Positions 8,572-16,936 of a DNA stretch of 64,000 nucleotides are shown in pieces. This DNA is from Steroidobacteraceae bacterium. Lineage in GTDB: Bacteria > Pseudomonadota > Gammaproteobacteria > Steroidobacterales > Steroidobacteraceae. Position 1 is the stretch's first letter. Each line of letters starts with the position of its first letter. A program made the translations under genes and the position numbers. The notes under the pieces were generated by a model. That model worked only from the letters and a program-made list of their open reading frames with translations, was not told the DNA's origin and did no database searches. The stretch lies in assembly GCA_035652555.1 (NCBI GenBank), contig DASRDO010000049.1:69379-133378 (forward strand). The letters are read 5' to 3'.

Positions 8572-10701
8572 CTACCGCGTGATGTTGTCCGCAGTCTGCG
8601 GCGCTGCCTGCTCGCTCTCCTGGACGGGCTGGGTGGGCTCGCCGGGTATCACTCGTCCTCCGTGTCGCGTCAGCGCGGCCGCGATCAGGCCCCGCAGTTG
8701 CCGCACGAGCGCCGGCTGCTGCGCGGCGAGATCGGTCCGCTCCGCGGGATCGGTGATCACATCATAAAGCTCGTCATGCAGTGCCGGCATGAAAGGGTAG
8801 TGCAGCGCGCCCATGTAGTGAATGAGCTTCCAGCGGCCCTCGATGACGGCGACCGAGCCCGTCTTCAGCGCGCCGAAGCGCGGGTTCTGCTCGAAGTTCA
8901 TGCTGAAGATCGCACGCTCATCCGCCGGCGCGCCGCCCTGTGCACCGTCGCAGGCGCCGAGGAGCGACTGTCCTTCCCAATCCCGCGGTTCGGGCAGGCC
9001 GGCCAATGCCGCCAGGGTCGGGGCGATGTCGGCCTGCTGCACGGGTTGTCCGCACCGCCTACCGGTGCTCTCACCGGGCCGCTTGATGATGAGCGGCACG
9101 TGGATGATTTCGTTGTACAGTCCGGGTCCGGTATGAGCGCCATAACCATGAGCGAAACTCTCGCCGTGATCCGCGGTGACGACGATGGCGGTGTTGGGTC
9201 CCAGGGCTTGCAGCGCCGCCTGCAGGAAGGCGCCCGCGTATGAGTCGGCGTACGCCACGGCCTCATCGTACCGTGCCTCGAGCACCTTCGACTGGGATGG
9301 CTCGAGGCGCGATTGGATCCAGCCCCAGTTCGGCTGAGTGCTCGCCGCAGTCCTGTCGTGCCTCGATGCATCGAAACGGCCGAGCCACGGCGGGGGTACG
9401 GCGTAGGGGGAATGCGGCGGAAACAGATGCACCCAGAGAAAGATGGGCTTGCTGCGGTCGGTGCTCGCCAGCCAGCGCAGCGCGGGGGCGATCGCCAGAG
9501 TCGGGTCGTGCTCCAGGTTTTGTGGCGGTCCATGGAGACGCGCGCTGAGCTCATCTATCTCCTGTAAGGGCGATAACTCGGACGCCGCGCACACATATCG
9601 CAGATATGCCGACAGTCCGTCGGCGCAGAGGGTCACGCGGCCGATGCGGTCCGTGCTCGCAAACTGAAAGAACTGTCCGAAGCCCTGTTTGGCTGCACCC
9701 GCGATTGCATTCGTCGAGACATAGCCGGTGCGGTAACCCGCCCGCTCCAATGCGGCCGGCAGTGACGTACGCCGCGTATAGGTGAGCGGCCATACGGGCA
9801 GTTGCAGCGCCCGATGCGTCCAGGGCAGAGTGCCGGTCAGGATCGTCGCGACTCCGGGAGTCGTGAAGTTGGCATTCGCGTACGCTCGATCGAACGTCAC
9901 GGCGCCCTGGGCAAATTGTCCGAGCACCGGAGTCGTCGGCCGCGAGTAGCCGTAGAGAGACATGTGTGGTGCCGACAGAGCATCGATCGTGAGCAGCACG
10001 ATATTGGGACGTGCAGTGCCCGCCGTCGCCGGCAGCGGCGTCGCGGTTGCCATCGCCTGCGCGGGTCCGGCATCCGCGGGTGAGGGCGCTGGCAGCGAAG
10101 CGTTGGCGGCGGCGGGGCGACCTTCGATCTTGCCGTGATGCCATCCGAATGCCGGCAGACTGGCAACCGAGAGAAGCCCCACGGCACTGCAGACCGTGGC
10201 GATCGGCATCAGCGCTCGCAATGCGGAGCGGCCCTTTTCCGTGGCGGCGACGAGCACTCCGGCCAACACGGCGATGATGAGCGCAGCGTCGGCTGAGAGT
10301 GGCAGCGTGCCGTGGAACGTATGCAGCCAGGTACGCAGCGAGCCTATCAGGGTTGCGACGATGATGGCTGCGGTGACCGCCAACAGGAGCGCGCGAGTCG
10401 CTGCGGCGACGCGTTCCCCGGCGGGCCGGCGGATCGCCTCGAGCCCTCGCAGCGCCGCGGTGAGGACGATCCAGAAGGGCAGGGCGACGGCGGCCAGAAT
10501 GATCCACGCCGTCGCATAGAGCGGCAGCAGGTCGATCGCGCGGAAGTCGAAGAGGAACTGCTCGCAGTGACTGGCAAATGTCAGCGGCAGCGCGATCCCG
10601 AGGACCGCGAGACACGGCAAGGCGGCGATGCGCCACGCCCGAAGATCATTCGGCATTTCCGCTCGGACGCTCTGTACCTTGTTTTCCCCTGGCACGGTCA
10701 C
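8572..10701 (-). CDS. polytopic membrane protein with a C-terminal sulfatase-fold domain carrying a Thr at the nucleophile position (LTA-synthase / phosphoethanolamine-transferase-like)
   Basis: 709 aa. The N-terminal ~200 aa form multiple hydrophobic helices. The catalytic domain reads NIVLLTIDALSAPHMSLYGY...ANFTTPGVATILTG (T, not C/S, and V where sulfatases have R), plus VTADHGESF. An alternative start MPNDLRAW at 10656 would reduce the overlap with the upstream small ORF. Confidence 0.75.
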   Translation of the reverse strand: MTVPGENKVQSVRAEMPNDLRAWRIAALPCLAVLGIALPLTFASHCEQFLFDFRAIDLLPLYATAWIILAAVALPFWIVLTAALRGLEAIRRPAGERVAAATRALLLAVTAAIIVATLIGSLRTWLHTFHGTLPLSADAALIIAVLAGVLVAATEKGRSALRALMPIATVCSAVGLLSVASLPAFGWHHGKIEGRPAAANASLPAPSPADAGPAQAMATATPLPATAGTARPNIVLLTIDALSAPHMSLYGYSRPTTPVLGQFAQGAVTFDRAYANANFTTPGVATILTGTLPWTHRALQLPVWPLTYTRRTSLPAALERAGYRTGYVSTNAIAGAAKQGFGQFFQFASTDRIGRVTLCADGLSAYLRYVCAASELSPLQEIDELSARLHGPPQNLEHDPTLAIAPALRWLASTDRSKPIFLWVHLFPPHSPYAVPPPWLGRFDASRHDRTAASTQPNWGWIQSRLEPSQSKVLEARYDEAVAYADSYAGAFLQAALQALGPNTAIVVTADHGESFAHGYGAHTGPGLYNEIIHVPLIIKRPGESTGRRCGQPVQQADIAPTLAALAGLPEPRDWEGQSLLGACDGAQGGAPADERAIFSMNFEQNPRFGALKTGSVAVIEGRWKLIHYMGALHYPFMPALHDELYDVITDPAERTDLAAQQPALVRQLRGLIAAALTRHGGRVIPGEPTQPVQESEQAAPQTADNITR

Positions 10702-10924
10702 CCCGCACGACAGCCACTACTGCGCTCGCCAGCTTCGTGCACGCACGTACGATTGTACGGCGCAGAAATGCGAAGGCGGAGCCTATTGCGATGAGTAGCG
10801 GGAAGAGGAACTGGTAGAGGGCGCCTGCCGAGTTCGGATCGATGTATGCGTATGCGGGCCTCAGTGGCATACACGTGAGGAAGGCGATGACGGCAACCGT
10901 GCCGATGAGAGTGATGCGCTTCAT
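10646..10924 (-). CDS. small membrane protein (hypothetical)
   Basis: 92-aa ORF with two hydrophobic segments (ITLIGTVAVIAFLTCM; ALYQFLFPLLIAIGSAFAFL) and a YIDPNSAG motif. It sits between the sulfotransferase and the membrane sulfatase-fold gene on the same strand. I recognise no family. Confidence 0.4.
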   Translation of the reverse strand: MKRITLIGTVAVIAFLTCMPLRPAYAYIDPNSAGALYQFLFPLLIAIGSAFAFLRRTIVRACTKLASAVVAVVRGDRARGKQGTERPSGNAE

Positions 10925-10956
10925 AGGGGCCTTACGTTGAGCAAGGGCTGTACCCG

Positions 10957-12093
10957 TCAGGCCTCTGCCTCGCCGAACCGCTGCCGCGCGGCCTGCATCA
11001 GACGCTCGAGCTGCAGCACGGACTCGTCATCGGGCATCGCCGCGCGCTCGCCGCGATGGATGGGCACGGATGAGAGGGCTGACTCGATGTCAGTCGCGAG
11101 CGTGCGCTCGTCATGTCCCGGCCTGTGGCCCACGAATTGCAGGATTTGCCGCAGGACACGCTCAGGGTCGGTCTGCAGAGCCTCGAAGTCCACCCACAGC
11201 AGATCCTCGCGTGTCATCTCCTCGACACATTGCCTCAGTACGCCGGCACACGCCCGCATCGACTCGCGCATGAACCGCTCGAGCATGTCCGCAGGACATT
11301 CCCAAAGCGCATAGACACGCATCATCGCGCCCCACATCCTGAGGTTCGATGCGAACACCTCGCCGGGATGGCGGCCGATCCAGACGAATCGCGCTCGTGG
11401 AAAGAGCCTGCGCATCGCCGGCATGCGGAACGTGTGTCCCGGCGATTTGAGCAGCAGGCGGCCGCCGCCTGCGGCGATGCCGCGCACGAAGTGTTGCCAG
11501 CGATCGACACCGTCTCCGCTCCCCGACCAGCATGCCCGGCCGCAGTCGAGCAGCCGGCGCGGATCGATCAAGCCCCGGTAGATCGAGAGCTCGCCGAGAA
11601 GGAGCAAAGCGAACTCGTCCTCCTGCGGCCCCTGCGATGCGATCACGCCCTGATCCATCGGCCGTTTCACGGCGGCCGAGCGCGCCGGGGCTCCGGTGAG
11701 AAAGCAGGTGGAGGGATTGAAACACTGCCAGGTCTGCGGGGTCACCCAGCCGCCACAGGCGCTCAGCAGCTCGTGCAGAACCGTAGTGCCCGAGCGCCAC
11801 AGTCCCACGATGAGCACCGGGTCCGAGGGCAGCTCGCCCCGTGGCATGCGCTCGAGCTGCGTACGCCAGTTGAGCTCGAACCAGTGGGCGTGCCACTGCC
11901 GCCGCAGGCTATAGCCAAGCGGTGCACGGTCCGGCTTGCCGCCCTCGCGGGTCCAATCCGCGAGCGCGCGCGCACCGAGCAGAGGCTGAAAGGCGGAGCT
12001 TGGCAGAGCAGTCACCCCACGATAACTGCCCGGGCCACCTTTGCGTTCCCCACGCCCGGCACGGTGCCCGGCGCGAGCCTCGCAGGCATGCAC
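10957..12093 (-). CDS. sulfotransferase family protein (PAPS-dependent type)
   Basis: It carries a 5'-PSB loop LIVGLWRSGTTVLHELL and a later LLLKSPGHTFR block. The start is uncertain: an internal GTG near 12015 or another downstream start is possible, and the first 80 aa are not diagnostic. Confidence 0.7.
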   Translation of the reverse strand: MHACEARAGHRAGRGERKGGPGSYRGVTALPSSAFQPLLGARALADWTREGGKPDRAPLGYSLRRQWHAHWFELNWRTQLERMPRGELPSDPVLIVGLWRSGTTVLHELLSACGGWVTPQTWQCFNPSTCFLTGAPARSAAVKRPMDQGVIASQGPQEDEFALLLLGELSIYRGLIDPRRLLDCGRACWSGSGDGVDRWQHFVRGIAAGGGRLLLKSPGHTFRMPAMRRLFPRARFVWIGRHPGEVFASNLRMWGAMMRVYALWECPADMLERFMRESMRACAGVLRQCVEEMTREDLLWVDFEALQTDPERVLRQILQFVGHRPGHDERTLATDIESALSSVPIHRGERAAMPDDESVLQLERLMQAARQRFGEAEA

Positions 12094-12132
12094 ACCGGTC
12101 GTCGTCGTAAACTCTGCAGGAGCTGACCGCGG

Positions 12133-12876
12133 ATGCGGCCGCGCCGGCCCGGAAACCTTATGAGCAGAACCTCCCGGCTCTTCAAACTCATGGATGCCCT
12201 GCGCGGCCGACGCCGTGCGATAACGGCGGCACAGTTGGCCAGCGAGCTCACAGTCTCCACGCGTACGGTCTACCGCGACGTGCAGACTCTCATCGGACTC
12301 GGCGCACCCATCGACGGAGGCGCTGGTGTCGGGTATGTACTTCGCGTCGGGTTCTTCCTGCCGCCCCTGATGTTCGACGAGGAGGAGCTCGAGGCGCTCG
12401 TGCTCGGCGTCCGCTGGGTGCAGGGGCAGGGTGATCCTGCGCTCGCGCGGGCGGCCGACTCCGCATTGGCCAAGATTGCTACCGCCTCACCGCGGGATCT
12501 GCGCGACAGGATCGCCGAGACCGGCCTCTGGGCGCCTCGGTTCGGCCGGCCCGCCCAGCAGGGGGCGGGTCTGCGCATCATCAGGGAGGCGATCCGCCGT
12601 GGACGGAAACTGCGGATCCGCTATCTCAGCATCGCCGGCGCGGAGACGGACCGGCTGATCTGGCCGGTGGCGCTGGTGTTCTTCGAGGGTAAGCGCCTGG
12701 TGGCGGCATGGTGTGAGCTCAGGCGCGACTTCCGCCACTTCCGGGCGGATCGGATCTCGAGCCTCGAGGTCACCGGCGTACCATTTCCGCGGCCGCCTCG
12801 GGAGCTCGCAGGGCTCTGGCGCCAGCAGCTCGGAGTGTGCGCTCGCCCCGGCACCGAGGATCCCGCGGACTGCTGA
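12133..12876 (+). CDS. YafY-family transcriptional regulator (HTH + WYL domain)
   Basis: SRLFKLMDALRGRRRAITAAQLASELTVSTRTVYRDVQTLIGLGAPI is a typical YafY N-terminus. The likely start is MSRTSRLF at 12160. It is divergent from the sulfotransferase operon. Confidence 0.85.
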   Translation: MRPRRPGNLMSRTSRLFKLMDALRGRRRAITAAQLASELTVSTRTVYRDVQTLIGLGAPIDGGAGVGYVLRVGFFLPPLMFDEEELEALVLGVRWVQGQGDPALARAADSALAKIATASPRDLRDRIAETGLWAPRFGRPAQQGAGLRIIREAIRRGRKLRIRYLSIAGAETDRLIWPVALVFFEGKRLVAAWCELRRDFRHFRADRISSLEVTGVPFPRPPRELAGLWRQQLGVCARPGTEDPADC

Positions 12877-12888
12877 CAGAAACTGTCA
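12874..12888. promoter_or_regulatory. palindrome TGACAG-AAA-CTGTCA between the YafY regulator and the GST gene
   Basis: 6-bp perfect arms with a 3-nt spacer. It overlaps the YafY stop codon and lies 58 nt upstream of the GST start. Confidence 0.3.
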
Positions 12889-12945
12889 CGCCCCGCAGGC
12901 AGCATAGGCGCTCCGTCACCCGCCGGTCTGCAACGGAGAATCACC

Positions 12946-13575
12946 ATGCGCCTCCATCACCATCCGTTCTCGTTCAACTCGCGCCGTGCGGTGATGGCCG
13001 CGCTGCACCTCAGGGCGCCCGTGGAGCTGGTATTCGTCGATCTGCAGAAAGCCGAGCAGCGCCAGCCACAGTTCCTGAAGCTCAATCCCAACCACCGGGT
13101 GCCGGTGCTCGAGGATGATGGCTTCGTGCTGTGGGAGTCGCATGCCATCATGCAGTACCTGGCCGACAAGACTCCGCGCCAGACGCTCTACCCGGCGGAG
13201 ACCCGCGCACGCGCCGACATCAACCGCTGGCTCTTCTGGAGCGCGCAGCATTTCTCTCCGGCCATCGGCATTCTCAACTGGGAGCACGTCATCAAGAGCG
13301 TGCTCGCCCTCGGCGCTGCCGATCCTGCCGAAGTCCGCCGCGGCGAGGGGCTGGTACGTGAGTTCGCCGGCATTCTCGATGCGCATCTTGCCAGCTGCGG
13401 CTGGATCTGCGGTGAGGCGCTCTCGCTTGCCGACTTCGCCATCGCCGCGCCGCTGAGCACTGCCGTGCCGGCAAAGCTTCCCATCAGCGATCTCACTCAT
13501 CTACAACGATGGTTCGCGCAGGTGCAGGCGCTGGAGGCATGGAAGAAAACGGAGACTAGCGGAAGGTCGCCGTGA
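12946..13575 (+). CDS. glutathione S-transferase
   Basis: 209 aa. The thioredoxin-like N-domain reads FSFNSRRAVMAAL...LNPNHRVPVLEDDGFVLWESHAIMQYL, followed by an alpha-helical C-domain. Confidence 0.9.
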   Translation: MRLHHHPFSFNSRRAVMAALHLRAPVELVFVDLQKAEQRQPQFLKLNPNHRVPVLEDDGFVLWESHAIMQYLADKTPRQTLYPAETRARADINRWLFWSAQHFSPAIGILNWEHVIKSVLALGAADPAEVRRGEGLVREFAGILDAHLASCGWICGEALSLADFAIAAPLSTAVPAKLPISDLTHLQRWFAQVQALEAWKKTETSGRSP

Positions 13576-15703
13576 ATCCTGCGAATACGTTGAATCCGGG
13601 TGCGGGCTCGAAATAGCGGCCGTTGCCGTCATCCACGATGATCGAGCCCGCATAGCGCCGGTCGAGCAGGTTGTTCAGGCGCAGGAACAGGTTGAGACGC
13701 GTCGCGCCGAGCTGCGCCGCGTACCCGCCGCTCGCATCGAAGACCGGATAGGCGGCGGCAAACTGCGAATTCGCATCGTTGACCGCGATGGTGCTGATGT
13801 ACTGGCCGCTGAGGCTCGCCCGCCAGCCGAGTGGCTGGCCCCACTCCAGGCTCGCGTAGCCATCGTTGTGCGGCACTCCGGGCAGCCGGTTGCCTGAGGC
13901 AACCGGCTGGTTGGGCGTTGCGCACGGAGTGGAGGCGCAGGTCAGATAGGCATCGACGTAGATCGCATCGACGTACGTGTAGGCGAGCCGGGCATGCCAG
14001 GCAGCCGAGAGGCGGTAATCGAGCGAGGCCTCGGCACCGCTGCGCCGGGTCCGCCCGGCGTTCTGATAAGTCGATCGGCCGCCCACGTTCGTCGCGACCA
14101 CGATCTCGTTGCGGGTTCGCGTGTTGAAAATCGCGAGCTCCGCCGAGAGGTCGCGCTGCAGCCGCATCTTCGCGCCGATCTCGCTGTTGTCGCTGCGTGC
14201 CGGCCGCAGCGCGAAGTTGAGTCCGGCGCCGCCATCGGGCCGGTAGGCGAGCTCCGAGCCGAGGGGCGTCTGAAAGCCCTGGCCGTAGGAGGCATAGAGG
14301 TGCAGCCACGGCCGGGCGGCGAAGAGCAGGCCGGCAACTGGGGAGGTCGCGCTATAAGTCACTTCGCCACTGTCGTCGCCGTTGGTCGGCGTGATGTAGT
14401 GATCCTGCGAGAGGAAGCGCACCTCGCTGTGCCGCACACCGGCCGTCAGGGTCCAGCTCGGCGCGAATTCCCAGCTCGCCTGCGTGTACTCGTCGATGTC
14501 CCGCGCGATGTCGTTTTCATTGCGGCGCAGTGTCCCCATGACGCCGAGCGTGGTGCCGACGAAGTTGTTCTCGCCGCGGCGCAGCTCGTTCTGCGTGTCG
14601 TAGCTCACCCCCGCGACCCAGGAGAGCGGCCGGCCCGCGAGCGGCCCTTCCCAGGTCCAGCGCGCATCGCCGCCGCCGAAGGTCCGATCGAGGTCGACCA
14701 CCCCGCCGGCACTCGTGGGCGCTTTCTGCGCCGCGAGCGGTATCGACAGGAACTGCAGCACCGAGCGATGGCCGTAATACCCCATCAGCCGCAGGGACTG
14801 CCGGTCGGTCAGCTCGAGCTGCAGGATGAGTCCGCCCTGCTGTTGCTGCAGGCTCTTGCGGGTGTTGAATAGCAGCGCCGCCGGGTCGGTGCCGTGCGGG
14901 TTGGCGGCAAACTCCGCGGCGGTGAGTCCCAGCGGATCGTTCGCGTCCGGGCGCGAGAGCACATTGGCGATGAAGGTCAGCTTGGCGCGCGATCCGAGAG
15001 TGTAATCGGCCTTGCCGTTGAAGGACTCGTTACGCGCGCTCTCGTGCGGCCGATAGCCTTCGATGAAGAAGTGCGTGAAGTCCACATTGTAGGCGAGCGG
15101 CCCCACGGCATCGCTCGCATCGACGCCGGCGCGGAAGGTACCGAAACTTCCGTAGCCGACGCTGGCCCGCACTTCGCCCGGCGAGGCTCCATCGGCCGTG
15201 AAGATCTGGATGACGCCGCCGGCGGAATTCCCGTAAAGCGCGGAGAACGGCCCCCGCAGCACCTCCACGCGCTGCGCGGAGTCCAGGTTGAACTGCGATA
15301 CCTGGCCCTGGCCGTCGGGTCCGGTCTGCGGGATGCCATCCTGGTAGATGCGCACGCCGCGGATGCCGAAGGTCGAGTTCGCGCCGATGCCCCGAATGGA
15401 GATCTGCTGATCCTGCGCATAGTTGTTACGGTTGCGAGCCAGCAGACCCGGGACGAAGCCGATGTCGTCGGACAGGTTCACTCCGAGAGCGTCCTCACGC
15501 AGCGCTGCCGCCGGTACATCGCTGATGGACGCCGGCACGTTGAACGCCGGTACCTGGACCCGCGTCGCCGTGATCACGATGTCGCCCAGCCCGCCCAGTG
15601 GTACGGTCTCGGCGCCCTGTGCCGGGCAAGTCCCGAGCATGGCGGTGGCAAGTATCGCAAGCGTTGCGGCCACGGGCCGCAAAAGGCATTGTTGTTGTGT
15701 CAT
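13556..15703 (-). CDS. TonB-dependent outer-membrane receptor
   Basis: Start taken at MTQQQC (15701-15703), followed by a signal peptide ...GTCPAQGAE. The plug domain reads DIVITATRVQ...RVEVLRGPFSALYGNSAGGVIQIF, followed by a long beta-barrel. The C-terminus is ...FTATFR. The 3' end overlaps the GST gene by 20 nt (convergent). Confidence 0.9.
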   Translation of the reverse strand: MTQQQCLLRPVAATLAILATAMLGTCPAQGAETVPLGGLGDIVITATRVQVPAFNVPASISDVPAAALREDALGVNLSDDIGFVPGLLARNRNNYAQDQQISIRGIGANSTFGIRGVRIYQDGIPQTGPDGQGQVSQFNLDSAQRVEVLRGPFSALYGNSAGGVIQIFTADGASPGEVRASVGYGSFGTFRAGVDASDAVGPLAYNVDFTHFFIEGYRPHESARNESFNGKADYTLGSRAKLTFIANVLSRPDANDPLGLTAAEFAANPHGTDPAALLFNTRKSLQQQQGGLILQLELTDRQSLRLMGYYGHRSVLQFLSIPLAAQKAPTSAGGVVDLDRTFGGGDARWTWEGPLAGRPLSWVAGVSYDTQNELRRGENNFVGTTLGVMGTLRRNENDIARDIDEYTQASWEFAPSWTLTAGVRHSEVRFLSQDHYITPTNGDDSGEVTYSATSPVAGLLFAARPWLHLYASYGQGFQTPLGSELAYRPDGGAGLNFALRPARSDNSEIGAKMRLQRDLSAELAIFNTRTRNEIVVATNVGGRSTYQNAGRTRRSGAEASLDYRLSAAWHARLAYTYVDAIYVDAYLTCASTPCATPNQPVASGNRLPGVPHNDGYASLEWGQPLGWRASLSGQYISTIAVNDANSQFAAAYPVFDASGGYAAQLGATRLNLFLRLNNLLDRRYAGSIIVDDGNGRYFEPAPGFNVFAGFTATFR

Positions 15704-15823
15704 CACAGGCGGCGTTGGCGAGGGGCGCTCAATTATCGCGCGGAAAATGCGCTGGTTCCATCCGGACGGTCGCCGGCGATGAGGCCGTGCCGCCCCGCGC
15801 GACACCGTTCACGTCGGGTCTAG

Positions 15824-15855
15824 AGATTATCGCTAGGCGCCGCTGGCGATAATCT
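15824..15855. promoter_or_regulatory. 10-bp perfect inverted repeat AGATTATCGC-N12-GCGATAATCT (candidate operator, or hairpin after the protease gene)
   Basis: The arms lie at 15824-15833 and 15846-15855. A third copy of the core (AATTATCGC, 15731-15739) lies about 28 nt upstream of the receptor start. The GATAAT core resembles a Fur-box hexamer and a -10 element. The repeat sits 9 nt after the protease stop, so a terminator role is also possible. Confidence 0.35.
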
Positions 15856-15863
15856 GGAAGGGC

Positions 15864-16805
15864 TCAGTCAGCTTCCGGGACCACCGCAACTGACTGCGTC
15901 TTCCCGCGCCGTAGGAGGCGGACTGCAATCTCGCGTCCTGCGCGTTCGACTGTCAGCAGACGATGCAGCTGGTCGACACCGGTAATGGGTTCGCCGTCGA
16001 GCTCGAGCAACAGGTCTCCGCGCTCCAGCCCAGCCCGCTCCGCGGGACCGCCCGCCAGGACCTCCGAGATCATGACCGCTCCTGACTGCGTCCGCTCGAG
16101 TGCGCGCAGCACTCGGCGGTCGAGCGCGATGGTCTGGCCGGCGAGCTTCAAACGGCTGCGTCGTACGCGTCCATGGCGCATCAGTTGATACGCAACCTCG
16201 ACGGCCGTATCGATACCGATGGCGAAGCAGATCCCCTGTGCGCCGCCAGCCATCGCAGTGTTGATGCCAATCACACGTCCGCCCGTGTCTGCGAGTGGAC
16301 CGCCGGAATTTCCGGGGTTGAGCGGCGCATCCGTCTGAATCACACTCTCGATCAACCGCCCGGATGCCGTACGCAGCGTGCGTCCGAGGGCACTGATGAT
16401 CCCCGCGGTCACTGTCGCCTGGTATCCCAGGGGATTGCCCACGGCAATCACCAGCTGGCCGACTCGCAGGGCTGCCGAGCTGCCGAAGGTGGCGTGCGGA
16501 AATCCGTTGCCATTGAGTCTCAAGACGGCAAGATCGGTCGCGGGGTCGTCGCCCACTCGGACGGCCTCGCAGGTTCGGCCGTCTGACAGCGATACCACTG
16601 CGGCGTCCGCGCGCTGCGCGACATGGCTGTTCGTGAGCAGGTAACCGTCGGGCGTATAGATGACCCCCGACCCGGTACCTCGTGCGCGACCGCTCGCCGA
16701 GCGCACCTCGACGCCCGCAACGGCTGGCCCGACGTTCTCGATGCTCTGCGAGACCAGCCGAGAGTACGGATCGAGCTCGGCTTCGAGGGTCGCGTCGTGC
16801 AGCAT
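15864..16805 (-). CDS. S1C (HtrA/DegP-like) serine protease with a PDZ domain and no recognisable signal peptide
   Basis: Start taken at MLHDATLE (16803-16805). The triad signatures are intact (LLTNSHV, DLAVLRL, GNSGGPL). The C-terminal PDZ reads AVMISEVLAGGPAERAGLERGDLLLELDG. Confidence 0.85.
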   Translation of the reverse strand: MLHDATLEAELDPYSRLVSQSIENVGPAVAGVEVRSASGRARGTGSGVIYTPDGYLLTNSHVAQRADAAVVSLSDGRTCEAVRVGDDPATDLAVLRLNGNGFPHATFGSSAALRVGQLVIAVGNPLGYQATVTAGIISALGRTLRTASGRLIESVIQTDAPLNPGNSGGPLADTGGRVIGINTAMAGGAQGICFAIGIDTAVEVAYQLMRHGRVRRSRLKLAGQTIALDRRVLRALERTQSGAVMISEVLAGGPAERAGLERGDLLLELDGEPITGVDQLHRLLTVERAGREIAVRLLRRGKTQSVAVVPEAD

Positions 16806-16936
16806 GTCAGCGAGGATCGGGGCCTGAGGCGCGTTTTTCACCCGGTCAAACGGCCGGGTCCGGCCCGGCCGTCCGGCCGGTACCGCCGCCGGGTGGCACA
16901 CCGCACACTCTTCGCTATCCTAAAGCGGAGAGTCCC

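Noticed and set aside
10646-10701. The overlap between the 92-aa ORF and the 709-aa ORF as a frameshifted single gene (pseudogene).
   Set aside because: The two frames encode separate, self-consistent hydrophobic N-termini. An internal Met (10656) reduces the overlap to about 10 nt, which is typical translational coupling. There is no evidence for a disrupted domain.
13556-13575. Convergent 3' overlaps (GST/TonB receptor 20 nt; MATE/propeller 11 nt at 53837-53847) as signs of mis-assembly or frameshift.
   Set aside because: Both partners in each pair read through to natural stops with family-typical C-termini. Short convergent overlaps are common in compact high-GC genomes. Only the longer 55-nt overlap at 22879-22933 was kept as a minor note.
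15704-15863. A possible cobalamin or other riboswitch in the 160-nt leader of the TonB-dependent receptor.
   Set aside because: Reading the sense (minus) strand, I could not find a B12 box (GCCACTG-like) or other riboswitch core signatures that I know. Only the GCGATAAT repeats stand out. A covariance-model scan (Rfam/Infernal) would be the decisive test.
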